Source of the DNA: Cyanophora paradoxa CCMP329
Taxonomy: Eukaryota; Plantae; Glaucophyta
Reading direction: 5' to 3'
DNA: 64,000 bases
Assembly: GCA_004431415.1 (NCBI GenBank)
Contig: QPMI01000483.1
Span: 1-64,000 of the forward strand
Within the stretch, counting starts at the first letter, position 1. The number at the start of each line of letters is the position of its first letter. The position numbers and the translations under genes were made by a program. This document shows, piece after piece, positions 42,527 to 53,594 of the stretch. Below the pieces are notes generated by a model, which was not told where the DNA came from, made no database searches, and saw only the letters and a list, made by a program, of their open reading frames with translations.

Positions 42527-43373
42527 ATGACCGAGTACAACCGAGTCCAGTTACCAATCTACTCACTGGGCTCTCCAGCAATCCATATGAGGCAGCATGA
42601 AGTTAGCGATGCCATTGCTGGATTAGAGTCCACTGAGCGTCCAAACTCAACTAATGCATTTGATCAGCGATCAGTGATTCGCTGTAAAGAATTACGCGCA
42701 GATAAAAACTCTGGGTTGTCAAAACAACTCGATTACTGGTTACGAACGCAAATTTCTCCCAGCCCATAACAGGAGGAGTTGACTCATATAGTGTTGACCT
42801 TCGAAGCATAAACTATGATCAAAACACTGCTGCCCTCACTGTGCGCTCCGGAGGAGCAGCTATTACCGGAGCCTGCCGAGTTAGTGGGGCCTATCATCAT
42901 CGATTGCCATCAATGATGTCCCAGACTTTTCATTAGAGAATGCCGAAAATCGTAAACGAGTTCGCATGTATGTACCTTGCTGTGACCTTCCCTATGCACA
43001 AGCTCTAGTAGAAGTTGAAATAACCATAGCTAATTCAAGTACACCAAATGGTCTGGATGGTGAGAGGTTGCTTTCAAACAGAGAAATCCCTAAAGCATTA
43101 CAATCTCTCTGTCAGGATCAAAATGACCAGATAGGGCATGTGTATACGTTCTTTGTGCAACGTCTTGGACATGCTGGGCGGGGATACGTAGTTCGTAATA
43201 TTAATACAAGGCACCTTTTCGATTTATATGCTACTGCGATAGGCCGATACTCTATCCTAATCATCGGCTATCGCTCCGATGTGGCTGCATCAGTGGCTAC
43301 TAGAGGGCTGAACGTTGATCCAGCACTGAATAATATGTATGAGGAAGGCAATCCGGAAAATCCTATACCTTAA
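42527..43373 (+). CDS. Spike-like paralogue 3: shared N-terminal module, non-C1q C-terminus, frameshifted
   Basis: IRCKELRADKNSG, then LTVRSGGA in a shifted frame. C-terminus resembles paralogue 4. Confidence 0.65.
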
Positions 43374-43401
43374 ATGAAAGTTTTATCTTCTGTTTTCTAA
43401 A

Positions 43402-44234
43402 ATGGAAGCTGTTGAAAGAATAGTAGTTCCATCGTTGACCCTCGCCGCTCCAGCCAACCACGTCCTGCAGCATGCAGTTTCAGACGATGTCCCCGGCCTG
43501 CAATCAACTGAGCAGCAGCCAACTCTAAACACCTTCCGAGATAATCACATCATACGTTTAGGAGAGGTTAGATGCGACAAAAATAATGGAGTGGTCAAAA
43601 CAACAAATCTTGTCGTAACAAACGCAAACTTTAATGCGCATTATGGGGATCCTGATAGCTATGATGATGCTAACAAGGTTAACACTTTACCTATGAATCA
43701 AGATTAGGGGCTGTTACCTGCAGGTCCGGAGGTGCTTATATTGGAGATGGCCTGAGAGTGGGTGGAGCTGCTTGCGCCCCTATATTTGTAAATGATCAAC
43801 CTAACCCTGAAAACACTAATGAAAGAATCAGAACGTATGTTCCTGGTATGAATTTGCCTTATATCATCAAAGTCTTCACGCTAAACATAAATGAGCAAAC
43901 ATCGATCGTAGATAACGTTCAGCCACTCGGAAATCATTTCAAGAGTGTTGTTGATATTCCCCCGGATATCTATTTCCTTTGTAGGAGAAACGATGCTCTC
44001 CGGCCAAACATAGCTGTTTTAATTAATCCTATTGACAATTTTGGTGTCGCTTTCCATTCTACCCCAGTGGGGGTTGAAGATTACCAGTTTATTGTGAGGG
44101 CTACGCTTATGGGCGCCTACAAAAATATTCTATTTGCTGAAAGAACAGATGTGATTGCAAGCGGGGTCAAGTATGGTGAGACCTTCAATTCGAATCGTTA
44201 CTTTCCAATTGGAGGGGCTGATCCCAACCCATAG
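43402..44234 (+). CDS. Spike-like paralogue 4: shared N-terminal module, non-C1q C-terminus, frameshifted near 43706
   Basis: IRLGEVRCDKNNGVVKTT, then CRSGGAYIGDG in a shifted frame. Confidence 0.65.
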
Positions 44235-44267
44235 AATCTTTGTTTTTATATATATTACCCCTTGTAG

Positions 44268-44612
44268 ATGGATCTGCTCCGTAAATGCATGGACATGTTC
44301 CATCTCAACGTCACCAGCAAATTGAAATGCAGTTGCTGCGAGACAACTATCAACCTCGAAATATCTGACACTGAGGGCTCACGCACCCCTGATACTCAGC
44401 TATCGCCTAATAACACACCCGGGACTTCTAGGTCCAATTCTCCTTTTACGCGATCTGATTCACCTATACCATGGCTTGATTCTGAAAGCCGAAGATCGTC
44501 TTGGCCACCCCCAAATATCCCGAAGCCCCTGAAAAGAAAGAAGTCCTTGCTATCAAGTTTCAGAAAGGAGAAGACTCCAGTTTCCGAAAAGCAACCAGAT
44601 CAAGTGGAATGA
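44268..44612 (+). CDS. 114-aa Ser/Pro-rich protein whose stop codon overlaps the right TIR boundary
   Basis: TATA-rich leader; TGA at 44610-44612. Confidence 0.5.
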   Translation: MDLLRKCMDMFHLNVTSKLKCSCCETTINLEISDTEGSRTPDTQLSPNNTPGTSRSNSPFTRSDSPIPWLDSESRRSSWPPPNIPKPLKRKKSLLSSFRKEKTPVSEKQPDQVE

Positions 44613-45121
44613 GGCCGCACCAGACCGCTAAAAGGGGCCCTAATTCCTTGCCTTCGGCTTGTCTGCGACCCAGTTAACGCCTTGATAGTCCTCGCGCTGC
44701 GCCTCGCGTTTCTTACTAAAGTCACGCCTATAGATATTGCTGAACGCGTTTCCTCAGTTAGCTCGATGCACACATTTATTTCGTCTAGCTATACCTTAAC
44801 GCTTTTCCTCGTTTAGCTCCTCTATACACATCAATTACATCTAGCTAGAGCTTAACACGTTTCCTCGTTTAGCTTCTCTGTACACATTAATATCGCCTAG
44901 CTATAGCTTAACGCATTTTTCTCGTTTAGCTTCTCTGTACTCGCCCTCACGCCCTCCATTCTCCATATCCATGCTTTTCCCATCAACACATCTACTTGGA
45001 GCACGTCTAAAAATCTTTCAGGGAAATTGTTGATCGATGACGCTAGAAGGGGTGGATCCCTGAAGGTAAAACCAGACTAGTCGGTGGTCTGGTTTGGGGT
45101 GGGGTCCTCCCCTTTACAACA
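44611..45121 (-). repeat. Right terminal inverted repeat, 511 bp
   Basis: Reverse complement of 10696-11205. Ends CCCCTTTACAACA. Confidence 0.95.
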
Positions 45122-45127
45122 GAGGCT
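45122..45127 (+). repeat. Right target-site duplication GAGGCT
   Basis: Matches 10690-10695. Confidence 0.95.
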
Positions 45128-46194
45128 GGCGGAGCGACAGTCGTGGAGCGGCGGGAGACATCTTTCCACGGGAAGGTACGGAGTAGCCACGGGACTTCAA
45201 GTAAGAAGTTTGCTACCGCAGCGTTGCACGCCTGCACGTCGTTGAGCAAGGCAGCCGGCGGCTGGTGTTTCATCGCCAGATCCTTGACTTCCTTTGCCGC
45301 CCTCCGGGCCTGTTTGAAGTTATCCATCTTGGCGAGCTGGTAGTCACCGAGGGGGTAACGTCCACTTTCCAGGTCCCGGGCCGCGATCATTTTCTTGATA
45401 ACGTCATACACCTCCATCGGTGTAGGTTGGCCTTCCAGCTTGCAGACTAGACCCGCCCCCACGAAGCTAAGAATCTTGGCGACGGTGCTGACCATCTCCG
45501 GGAGCGGGTAGCCGTTGTAAGCCTGAAGGAGGACCGTCTGTGTGCGGAAGCGCTCCTGTTCCGTAATGTTGATGGCCACCCAGCGTACAAGTGACGGGAG
45601 TCCGCGGATGCAGTGGTCGCTCTCGAGCTGGTAGGTGATGTTCCGAATCGTTCGCTTGATTGTGTCACGTTTAGTCAAAAGCCGTTGGCGTGTGTTGCGC
45701 GTGTCCCGAGACCGGTCCGCCACGTCCGGGCCCTTCTCCCAAACATGGTCAGTGACTGCGTCAGCCGCGTCGCGGTGCTCCTCCTTGGCCTTGGCAAGGT
45801 CACGGGTAAGCTGACCCGTCTGGTTGATCATGTCGTGGATGGAGGCCTGGTACTGCGACGGGAGCGCCTTGGCCGCCAGAGTAGCCCCCGCGAGTGCGAG
45901 CTTCGAGCCGTCGTCGGCGTCGGAGTATCGCTTCGTGTCCCTGTCGATTGCGCGCTGCGCGTCGTCTCGCCAGGCGGCGACGCCTTGCGGCGTGAGCGGG
46001 TTGCCCGGACTGGTGATGCAGATGCCGCCGCCGCAGTCAATGAGGATCGGCCGCTCCGTGTTGGACAGCGCGTTGAGAGCTTCACGTTCCGCTGAGGCGT
46101 TGGAGGTGACCGCAGCAACGTCCGTCAGCTCTTGAAGTAAGGTGTTGGTCGCCGAGCGCCGGCGCGGCGCGTCGTCGAAGTGCCTGGAGTCCAT
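45122..46194 (-). CDS. 5' half of the Gag-like ORF of element A, interrupted by the PLV
   Basis: ...TTVAPPAS joins ASSSSRSVEK... in frame once the PLV and one TSD are removed, giving an 874-aa ORF. Confidence 0.8.
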
Positions 46195-46414
46195 CGTGTC
46201 TGCACGCGGCAGAGACGGAGGAAACCGACGCGGAGCCGAGAGGCGGAGGCGAGGAGGCGAGGGATCCGGCGCGGCGTCGACGCGCGACGGCGGCCGGGAC
46301 CGGGGCGAAGTGAAGCGGGCGGGGAGGTGGTGCCGGCGACGAACGAGCGTCGGCTGGCGAGCGGGCGGGGCGTGGCGAGGACGGCGGCGTCGGGTGAGAG
46401 CCGGGGCGCCGCGA

Positions 46415-46984
46415 GTAGATCACCGGCCGGGCTTCCACGCGGGAAGGCCGGCTGCGAGCTAAGATCTCCTCCGGGGCTCGTAGCGTCCGCAGCGAGGCGG
46501 AGGCGAGGGAAGAGCCGAGGGGAGAGGGCGGGAAAGGGCGACGGGGGCGGTTCGAGGCGCCGCACGTAGATCACCGGCCGGGCTTCCACGCGGGAAGGCC
46601 GGCTGCGAGCTAAGATCTCCTCCGGGGCTCGTAGCGTCCGCAGCGAGGCGGAGGCGAGGGAAGAGCCGAGGGGAGAGGGCGGGAAAGGGCGACGGGGGCG
46701 GTTCGAGGCGCCGCACGTAGGTCACCGGCCGGGCTTCCACGCGGGAAGGCCGGCTGCGAGCTAAGATCTCCTCCGAGGCTCGTAGCGTCCGCAGCGAGGC
46801 GGAGGCGAGGGAAGAGCCGAGGGGAGAGGGCGGGAAAGGGCGACGGGGCGGTTCGAGGCGCCGCACGTAGATCACCGGCCGGGCTTCCGCGCGGGAGGGC
46901 CGGCTGCGATCTGAGGTCTCCGCCGAGGCTCGTGGCGTCCGCAGCGAGGCGGAGGCGAGGGAGAGCCGAGGGGAGAGGGCGGGA
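46415..46984. repeat. About 3.8 tandem copies of a 150-151-bp GC-rich unit upstream of the gag-like ORF
   Basis: GTAG(A/G)TCACCGGCCGGGCTTCC at 46415, 46566, 46717 and 46867. Confidence 0.92.
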
Positions 46985-47511
46985 ACGGCGGGTAACGGAC
47001 GGCGCGGCGTCGTCGAGCGACGGCGGCCGGGAAAAGGAATGACGGGTGCGGAAATCGATGTCGGCGACGTATGGACGTCGTAGCTCTCTTTTACGTAGCT
47101 CTCGATATTAGCCGACCTCGCTTCTAGATCACGCAATTTAGCAGCTAGTTCGTCAAACTGCGTCTTTGAAACCGATGCTGTCTTGATTTTTGGACCGGAG
47201 TATCTAGGCTCAGACGCCATGGCTTGGATAATTCTAGCAGCATCATCATCGATATCAGACTGCATTTCCGTAACGGTTTTAGCCTGGGCGTGACGGTCAT
47301 CGGTTGCACTGGCATTAGCAGCTGCGGAGGCAATCGTTTTAGCTACAGGTGCATTTAGACGGGGGTCACTAGCTAGCTCACCGCTAGGATCAGCAACAGC
47401 TGCGCCCTCAGTTGAGCCGCTTTCAATCAGTGGAGCATTTGGCTCTATAGGATTAATCTTGCGTCGTTCGCGATAACCCTTTTTAGGAATGCCTCTGCCC
47501 ATCTTATTTTC

Positions 47512-48327
47512 TTATGGTAAGATTTTAAAACGCTTCTTTTTAGAGACAACAGGCGATGACTCTTCGGTCTTAGGGCGCAAGTCTTCTTCGTCTTTTTGTC
47601 TTAGCCATTTAGAGAAGCGAGAACTCTTATCTTCAATGGCTTTGTCAACGTACCAGGCCGTATCATACTTGGTTCCATCCAGGACTAGGCACTGATAATC
47701 ATGCGCCCAAGTCTCGAACAAGGCGATGAACTTCTCTTTTGGGAGATGACTGAACTCTCTATAGATCGCCTCGAGCTCGGTATGATTAGAATAACTAAAG
47801 AAAAAGCAGTAATCGCTGTTTGATCTTATAGATTGACTAAGAGCTGTTAGCTTTTGCGTCATAAGAATCGTACTTATATTAAAATGGCGGCCCTGCGTAA
47901 AAAGTCGATTTACAGCCTTGCTGTTTCGCAGATCAACAGTTTCAGAGGCGGCCACTAGATCATCCAAGACGAGCAATATCTGCGGTGCTTTCTCTTTGTT
48001 TTCGATCAACTTTCGCTGCGAATCAATGATTTCTGCAACTATGGCGGGTTGAAAATCATCGTAAAGCTCTTTCGTTATTGCAGAATACTCGCCATTGAAT
48101 TTTGTGGCCGTAAACACTACGACGCGATTGATCTTTGGATACAGCAGCCGCAGCAGATGCTTTGTGCAATAGAACGATTTGCCGCTATTGGACTTCGAAA
48201 TAAATAGGGCTTTGAAAGGGACCCTCATGTCTCCCGGCTGGAACTGTGCGAGCTCTTGAGACTGATCAATCAAAAAATTAACTACCGAGATTCGCAGGCG
48301 CAGCCAAGGCAGCTTGTCTGACGACAA
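47512..48327 (-). CDS. Packaging ATPase, copy 2
   Basis: Same translation as 30694-31509. Confidence 0.9.
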   Translation of the reverse strand: MSSDKLPWLRLRISVVNFLIDQSQELAQFQPGDMRVPFKALFISKSNSGKSFYCTKHLLRLLYPKINRVVVFTATKFNGEYSAITKELYDDFQPAIVAEIIDSQRKLIENKEKAPQILLVLDDLVAASETVDLRNSKAVNRLFTQGRHFNISTILMTQKLTALSQSIRSNSDYCFFFSYSNHTELEAIYREFSHLPKEKFIALFETWAHDYQCLVLDGTKYDTAWYVDKAIEDKSSRFSKWLRQKDEEDLRPKTEESSPVVSKKKRFKILP

Positions 48328-48332
48328 TTCGA

Positions 48333-49720
48333 CTAGAGGTTCACCTTGCGAAGGCCCGCAGCATCAACAATTAGGACAGTGTGCAGGAGAGCGCGAACCT
48401 GGACGTAAATCTTGTTGTTTGCATCGTAAGCAGCCGGGTTCATGATATTCAGGAAGCAGCTGCTGGAGTTCGTCAGATCTACGAAACCAGTTTGAGCAGC
48501 ATTTCGGATCGATTTATCCCCACTAATGCAAAATGGCAAACCAGTCAGAACATATCTGTTAAGAGGCGCGTCGAGATTCGTGCACTTGAAGACATCAGCG
48601 ATGAGTTCAGCACCTTGCAATAGAGGAACAGGCTCGTTTGAATAAAGCCGCTGGCCATTCAATTCGCAGGAAATAGTTATATCACGAGTATTTGCCTCGG
48701 TTTTGAGGACACTGTGTTTTCCATCAGTTTGGTTCATATTTGTCTGCTTACGAATGCTAACGAATAGGCCGTAGCAAAGTCCACTGATCTGTGACAGGTT
48801 GATCCGGGTTGGCGCACCAGCACCCGCATAAGTAATTGAATCAGCATCAACCCAGCCGACATCGGTAGCGGGAATTGCGATTCCAGACGTTTTGACTTTC
48901 TCAATCACCTGGGCAAAAGTGGCCTCATCAACGTTGATGCAATGAGCAGTAATCTTTGGATTAGAAAGCTCCGGATTGGCAGGGGTGACACTGAGAACAT
49001 TGGCAGTTATATTCTGACCGATGTTTGCAGGGGATGCAGCGGCGGCTCCCACGCTCCCGAGTCCATCTTCTTGAGTCGCATCACCGCCTATGGCATATTC
49101 TTTTACAAACCTACCACCATAGCTGGTTTCAACAAAGCCCTGGGCACGATCACGGAACCAAACCTCGACAGACACCTCGCCAGATAGAGCACCAATTGGG
49201 AGCACAGAACCCTCCCATGGACAGGGGATTTTTACACTGAAAATGCCTCCAGTGCGATTGGTACCCTGCGGGGTGTTCCATGGAGCCAGCCACCGGACCG
49301 GTACTTCTTTTTAAGCTGAGCATCATCATTGAAAATCAGAGCGCTGTGAACAAGCCAGTCCTCGGGGACAATGTAGCTGTAGGAAGCATATTTGATTTCG
49401 ATTCGCTTTACGAGAGCACCAACAGACCGCAAATACCCAGTGCGAACCAGGTCAGTGTCACCAGTAAATGCTGTCAGCTCTGGAAGGGTAAACTGGAGTT
49501 CGAGCCCCTGAAGGAAATTGTAGCGGGGCAGGAAATAAGTAACCCTCTTTCCGAAGCAGTCTCCATAGTCATTGCTTGGGTTGACAACAACACGCACAGG
49601 CTTTGTTTGGCTGGTTAGACCTAACATAAGCTCATTGTTCATGAAGAAGTCCTTTGCTTCCTGCGGAGTTGTCAGGAGCTCTTTGAGACCGAGCCGCTGC
49701 AAGTTTTGGGTAACATCCAT
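48333..49720 (-). CDS. Major capsid protein, copy 2, 1-bp frameshift near 49270
   Basis: G4 here versus G5 in copy 1. Confidence 0.75.
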
Positions 49721-49765
49721 TGAAGTATATAATTGCAGTGAAAGAAAATAATTTGGGCGCTTAGC

Positions 49766-50722
49766 TCAATTTGACGAATTGATCCAAGGATATGTCTTTG
49801 ACCTTTTCTGGAGCTGAAGCTTTGCAAGCTCGTAGACAACATCACCATTGGGTTCGTCTGGACCATAACGAATTTCGAGAATAAATGAGACAGGAGCTCC
49901 ATTTAAATCAGCAATTCGCTGCATAAAATCGTAAATCTCAATAGTCACAGAGTAGAGGTCCAGCTTTGAATAAACATACTTATACAAAGGAGTTGCTTCA
50001 GTTGAATCATAGTATGCTATCTCGCCAGGACGAAGGCTGTTTGGAATGCTAATTTTGGCAAAGAAGCCAGGTATTGAAGTATTGGGCATACTGACAAGGT
50101 CACCAATTTCAGGAATGCGTAGGAGCACATGATCATCGGGAGTGACATCAGGTTCATAAGCGCCCTCTATATATTGAACATCGACAGATAAATCCTTAGA
50201 CCGGATCGGTAGAATTGATCGCAGCCCCAGAAGTTTTGCAGTTCGCTGAGCCCTTGCAACGGCCTGGTAGTTTCTGACTTCCCGCCCACCCTGGCTAGGT
50301 GGCAACATCAGAGCAATAAAGAACTCGAAGCTAGCTGTGAACCCTATTAATTTAACCGCTGAATTATACGTGCACGTGATACCAGTCCCCGTCAACCTTT
50401 CGTTTATCTTAGTCACAAGCGAGGTGACGTCGTAATTTCCAGGTGGAATCGCAATGTTATTCCACACACCAAAGCCTGGCTGAGGTGGGTCTGGTCCCTC
50501 ATTTGCAGGATCATATTTGCACCAATATATATAGGTGTCAAAGACCAAATCCTCTGCTGGATCGAGTATATCAATTGTGCTCATTGTGTTGGGGATCTCA
50601 GCTGATACCAAGCGCACAGCTTTCACATCCTGATAAATTTTAGGCAGTCTAACCTTGAATTTTGAGGTTGATAAAAGCTCATCTGCTAGGTGACTTGCAA
50701 TGCAGACGTAGTCCGTCGGCAT
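49766..50722 (-). CDS. Penton-like protein 1, copy 2
   Basis: Same translation as 32949-33905. Confidence 0.75.
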   Translation of the reverse strand: MPTDYVCIASHLADELLSTSKFKVRLPKIYQDVKAVRLVSAEIPNTMSTIDILDPAEDLVFDTYIYWCKYDPANEGPDPPQPGFGVWNNIAIPPGNYDVTSLVTKINERLTGTGITCTYNSAVKLIGFTASFEFFIALMLPPSQGGREVRNYQAVARAQRTAKLLGLRSILPIRSKDLSVDVQYIEGAYEPDVTPDDHVLLRIPEIGDLVSMPNTSIPGFFAKISIPNSLRPGEIAYYDSTEATPLYKYVYSKLDLYSVTIEIYDFMQRIADLNGAPVSFILEIRYGPDEPNGDVVYELAKLQLQKRSKTYPWINSSN

Positions 50723-50749
50723 CTTTTTTATATCAGTTAGAGAATAAAA

Positions 50750-51643
50750 ATGCGGCTTACCTTTGACAGCAGAGACAGAAGGCCAATCGATTCAGAGGCA
50801 AACTTTGTGCTCGAAATCAATGAGCCTATAATCAATCCAGTTGCTGTTCGACTTACCCAGTGTGAGTTCGCAAATAGTCTTTATACCAGCATTAAAGATG
50901 AGTATCTTTCGATCACCTTTCCCAACATTTGGACGGAAAATCTGGCGGTTTTTGAGCCTGGCATAATTACGACTGCAAATATGGGCGAAACAGATATTTA
51001 CAATTTTGGCCTATCGTTTAAGTTTGAACTGGGGGGAATCGTAATTGCATATTTCAAATTGTTTCGGGACCCAGAGACACTGAAGATGTCTGCCTATTGC
51101 AACCGTTCCTGCACAGTGACCTGCCAGTTCAAAGCTCTATCAAATCTGCTCGGGCTGAACAGAAATGAGCCCCTTCAGCTGACTCCTTTCGTGATTGAAG
51201 GAGGGCAAAGACCAGTGACTGCAGCTGAGCGGTATCTAGAGGTTGCTGGCATTCCAGTAACACCATCACACCCTGAGTACGGCATCGATTTCACCGAAAG
51301 AATGCGGAGTGAGCCACTTGGTTATGCTGTCGAATTTCCAAAGATAATCGATATGAATAGCGACCAGTACCTCTTCCTTGTCTGCGAAGAGCTGCGGCCA
51401 TTTGCTTCAAAGCTTCGCCGCGGGGCCAAAACAATGTGCAATTATGGGCTTGCTCGAATTCAAATGAGCCAGGACGTTGGCAAGTTCGTTTACATAAATC
51501 AGGATCACAACGGCGAATGGATCCCCATCGAAGAGCGTCTTGTGTTGACTTCCTTGCGACTGCGCATTGTAGACAGAGATGGTGATGATGTATCACTGAA
51601 CGGCCTGCCTTGGTCTGGTGAACTGCAGTTCATAACTAGGTAA
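50750..51643 (+). CDS. Penton-like protein 2, copy 2, intact
   Basis: Uninterrupted 297-aa ORF. Confidence 0.75.
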   Translation: MRLTFDSRDRRPIDSEANFVLEINEPIINPVAVRLTQCEFANSLYTSIKDEYLSITFPNIWTENLAVFEPGIITTANMGETDIYNFGLSFKFELGGIVIAYFKLFRDPETLKMSAYCNRSCTVTCQFKALSNLLGLNRNEPLQLTPFVIEGGQRPVTAAERYLEVAGIPVTPSHPEYGIDFTERMRSEPLGYAVEFPKIIDMNSDQYLFLVCEELRPFASKLRRGAKTMCNYGLARIQMSQDVGKFVYINQDHNGEWIPIEERLVLTSLRLRIVDRDGDDVSLNGLPWSGELQFITR

Positions 51644-52089
51644 AGCCGAAGGGTCGCAGACGAGCAGCGACGCTGCGCCTAAGGAGCCCGAAGGGCAAGA
51701 ATGCCCATCTTGGCTTTCGCCTTCTTGGCTCCGCACTGATTTTAAAAGCGGCACAATATATCAAAAATGTCGCAGTTGATGCCCATAGCTCAGATTGAAA
51801 AGTACTTGCCATTGATGCGGGACAAAAAGTATCACTTGTTGCGATTGGAGATAAGCCAAGCACACAAACAAACATAGGTTTTCTGCAAGCTTACCGCCGA
51901 TTTGGTCCTGACGGAATAAAAAAGGAGCTCGCAACCAAAAACACAACTTGGTATCAGCGAAGAGAGAATTACATTAAGAGGCGACTGGGAGGGCGTAATG
52001 GAGCACCATTCTGGAGAAAGATAAATCTGGCAGAACTATTCCAACACGTCTTGGACTCTCTCTGATTTCCTGGGCATTCATGCCGCCGC

Positions 52090-53571
52090 CTAATTAATGT
52101 AACGACCTCGGAAATCAACCCGGAACGCATTCGCATTTATAAATTCGTTTGTTATAATTTGCACATAGTTATAAACCTGTGGGGTGATCAAATGCGAGTC
52201 ACTATGCATTAGATCAAAGCCTGTCATAGATGGGTGTGCAGCAAGCACATTTGCTAGGACCGTATTTTCAAAAAGCCTCCCATCTTGGACATATCCTAAG
52301 TTGGTCAGAATGCTGAAATTAAATAGGACTCCGGCAGCAAAGGCTGGCCCATACATAATGATTTGATGTAGCTCAAAAGGCTTGGGAAACTCGACTTTGA
52401 TCCAGGGATTAGGTAATGTTCCCCCTGAAACCCTGTAGAGTTGGGTCGCACATGAGAAGGTGGGTGCAATTCCTCGAAGTCGTTGCTTGTGATATTCGCA
52501 TCTGGAATTATAAACCAGTTGACATCAAATGGAGGCTCAACTGTTAAAGTAGACGATATGATAAGTCTCTCATCGTTCAGTAGGTCGTAGTTCGCCAATA
52601 GAAAGCTGCAGAGTGCATTTATTTTAGCATTTATTTCGATTTGTTTCAGCCATAAGTCAGTTGTGGAAATCAAATAAGAAATATTCGATGGAGAGGCATC
52701 ATCAAGCTTGCTCATGACTGCAGCTGGCAGCGGAACACTTAAACGCCAGTATCTTGTTAGATTCCTATCCGCATCAACTGGAAGCAGTTCCTGCATTTGA
52801 AAGTGGGATTCCAGCTCGCTACCAGCCATTAGCATAGAAATGATTGGGCTGCCTGAGAGGGATAGGATCCAGCCCAGGGCGCCCCAGCCTGACGTCTCCG
52901 AATTCGAAAAGCCTGCAGTCAATTGCTCGCTAGCTTGGACCTCTCCACAGCTGATGCTCACAAGAACAATTGGATCTTCTGCATCGTAAATTTTGCTGGC
53001 GTGGCTGAGTGCAGCAACTGAGGGATTATTCAAACAGGCAATGGCCCCGTCAACAAGGTTTTTGTCCCTAGAACCTTCGGTGGAAAGAATGTAGGCGCTG
53101 CAGAAGATGCTCTCACTGCATCACGAATCAGCGTGCTTGAGTACGGCCCATCCTTTGTAAAAACTACTGGCTGCATCCGAACTGTATCAAACGCTGTAAT
53201 TAATACGTCTTTTGTCGATTCTGCAATTGTGTAGTCCAGGGCAACGTCTGTAAGCACCGACTCCAGAGGATTGCATCATAGCGGCTTCCTGAGAGCAAGC
53301 TTGTCAGTGATCTTGGATTTGCAAATATTGTTGGCAGGTTCGTTTGATATAGACTCAAGATATCACCTGCAGAATATCGGTAAGCAAGAACAGAGCCTGG
53401 AGTTGATGGGATCGCCAATCCGGCCGCTATTATTGCCCCTGTTGAGGTGCCTGCAAAGAAATCAAACAGCTGTGGTATTGCTTTCCCAGTAATCGCCTCA
53501 ATCCGCTGTAGAATTCGGGCTATGACTATTCCACGAGCACCTCCACCTGATAGTGAGAGAATGACCTTCAT
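52090..53571 (-). CDS. Patatin-like phospholipase, copy 2, frameshifted
   Basis: Matches copy 1 with several 1-bp homopolymer deletions. Confidence 0.8.
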
Positions 53572-53594
53572 TTTTAAAAGGGGCTTATATAAAA

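Larger units (their letters stand above)
10696..45121. mobile_element. Endogenous Polinton-like virus / Maverick-type element, copy 1, complete ends
   Basis: TIRs, 6-bp TSD, pPolB, rve integrase, A32 ATPase, MCP and penton-like genes. Visibly AT-richer than the flanks. Confidence 0.95.

Noticed and set aside
40072-44234. Diversity-generating retroelement acting on the spike genes
   Set aside because: No RT gene and no template/variable repeat pair with adenine-specific differences. The similarity is ordinary paralogy at the N-termini.
46459-47502. 347-aa fusion ORF
   Set aside because: Chance read-through of the truncated 212-aa PLV gene into the 151-bp repeats.
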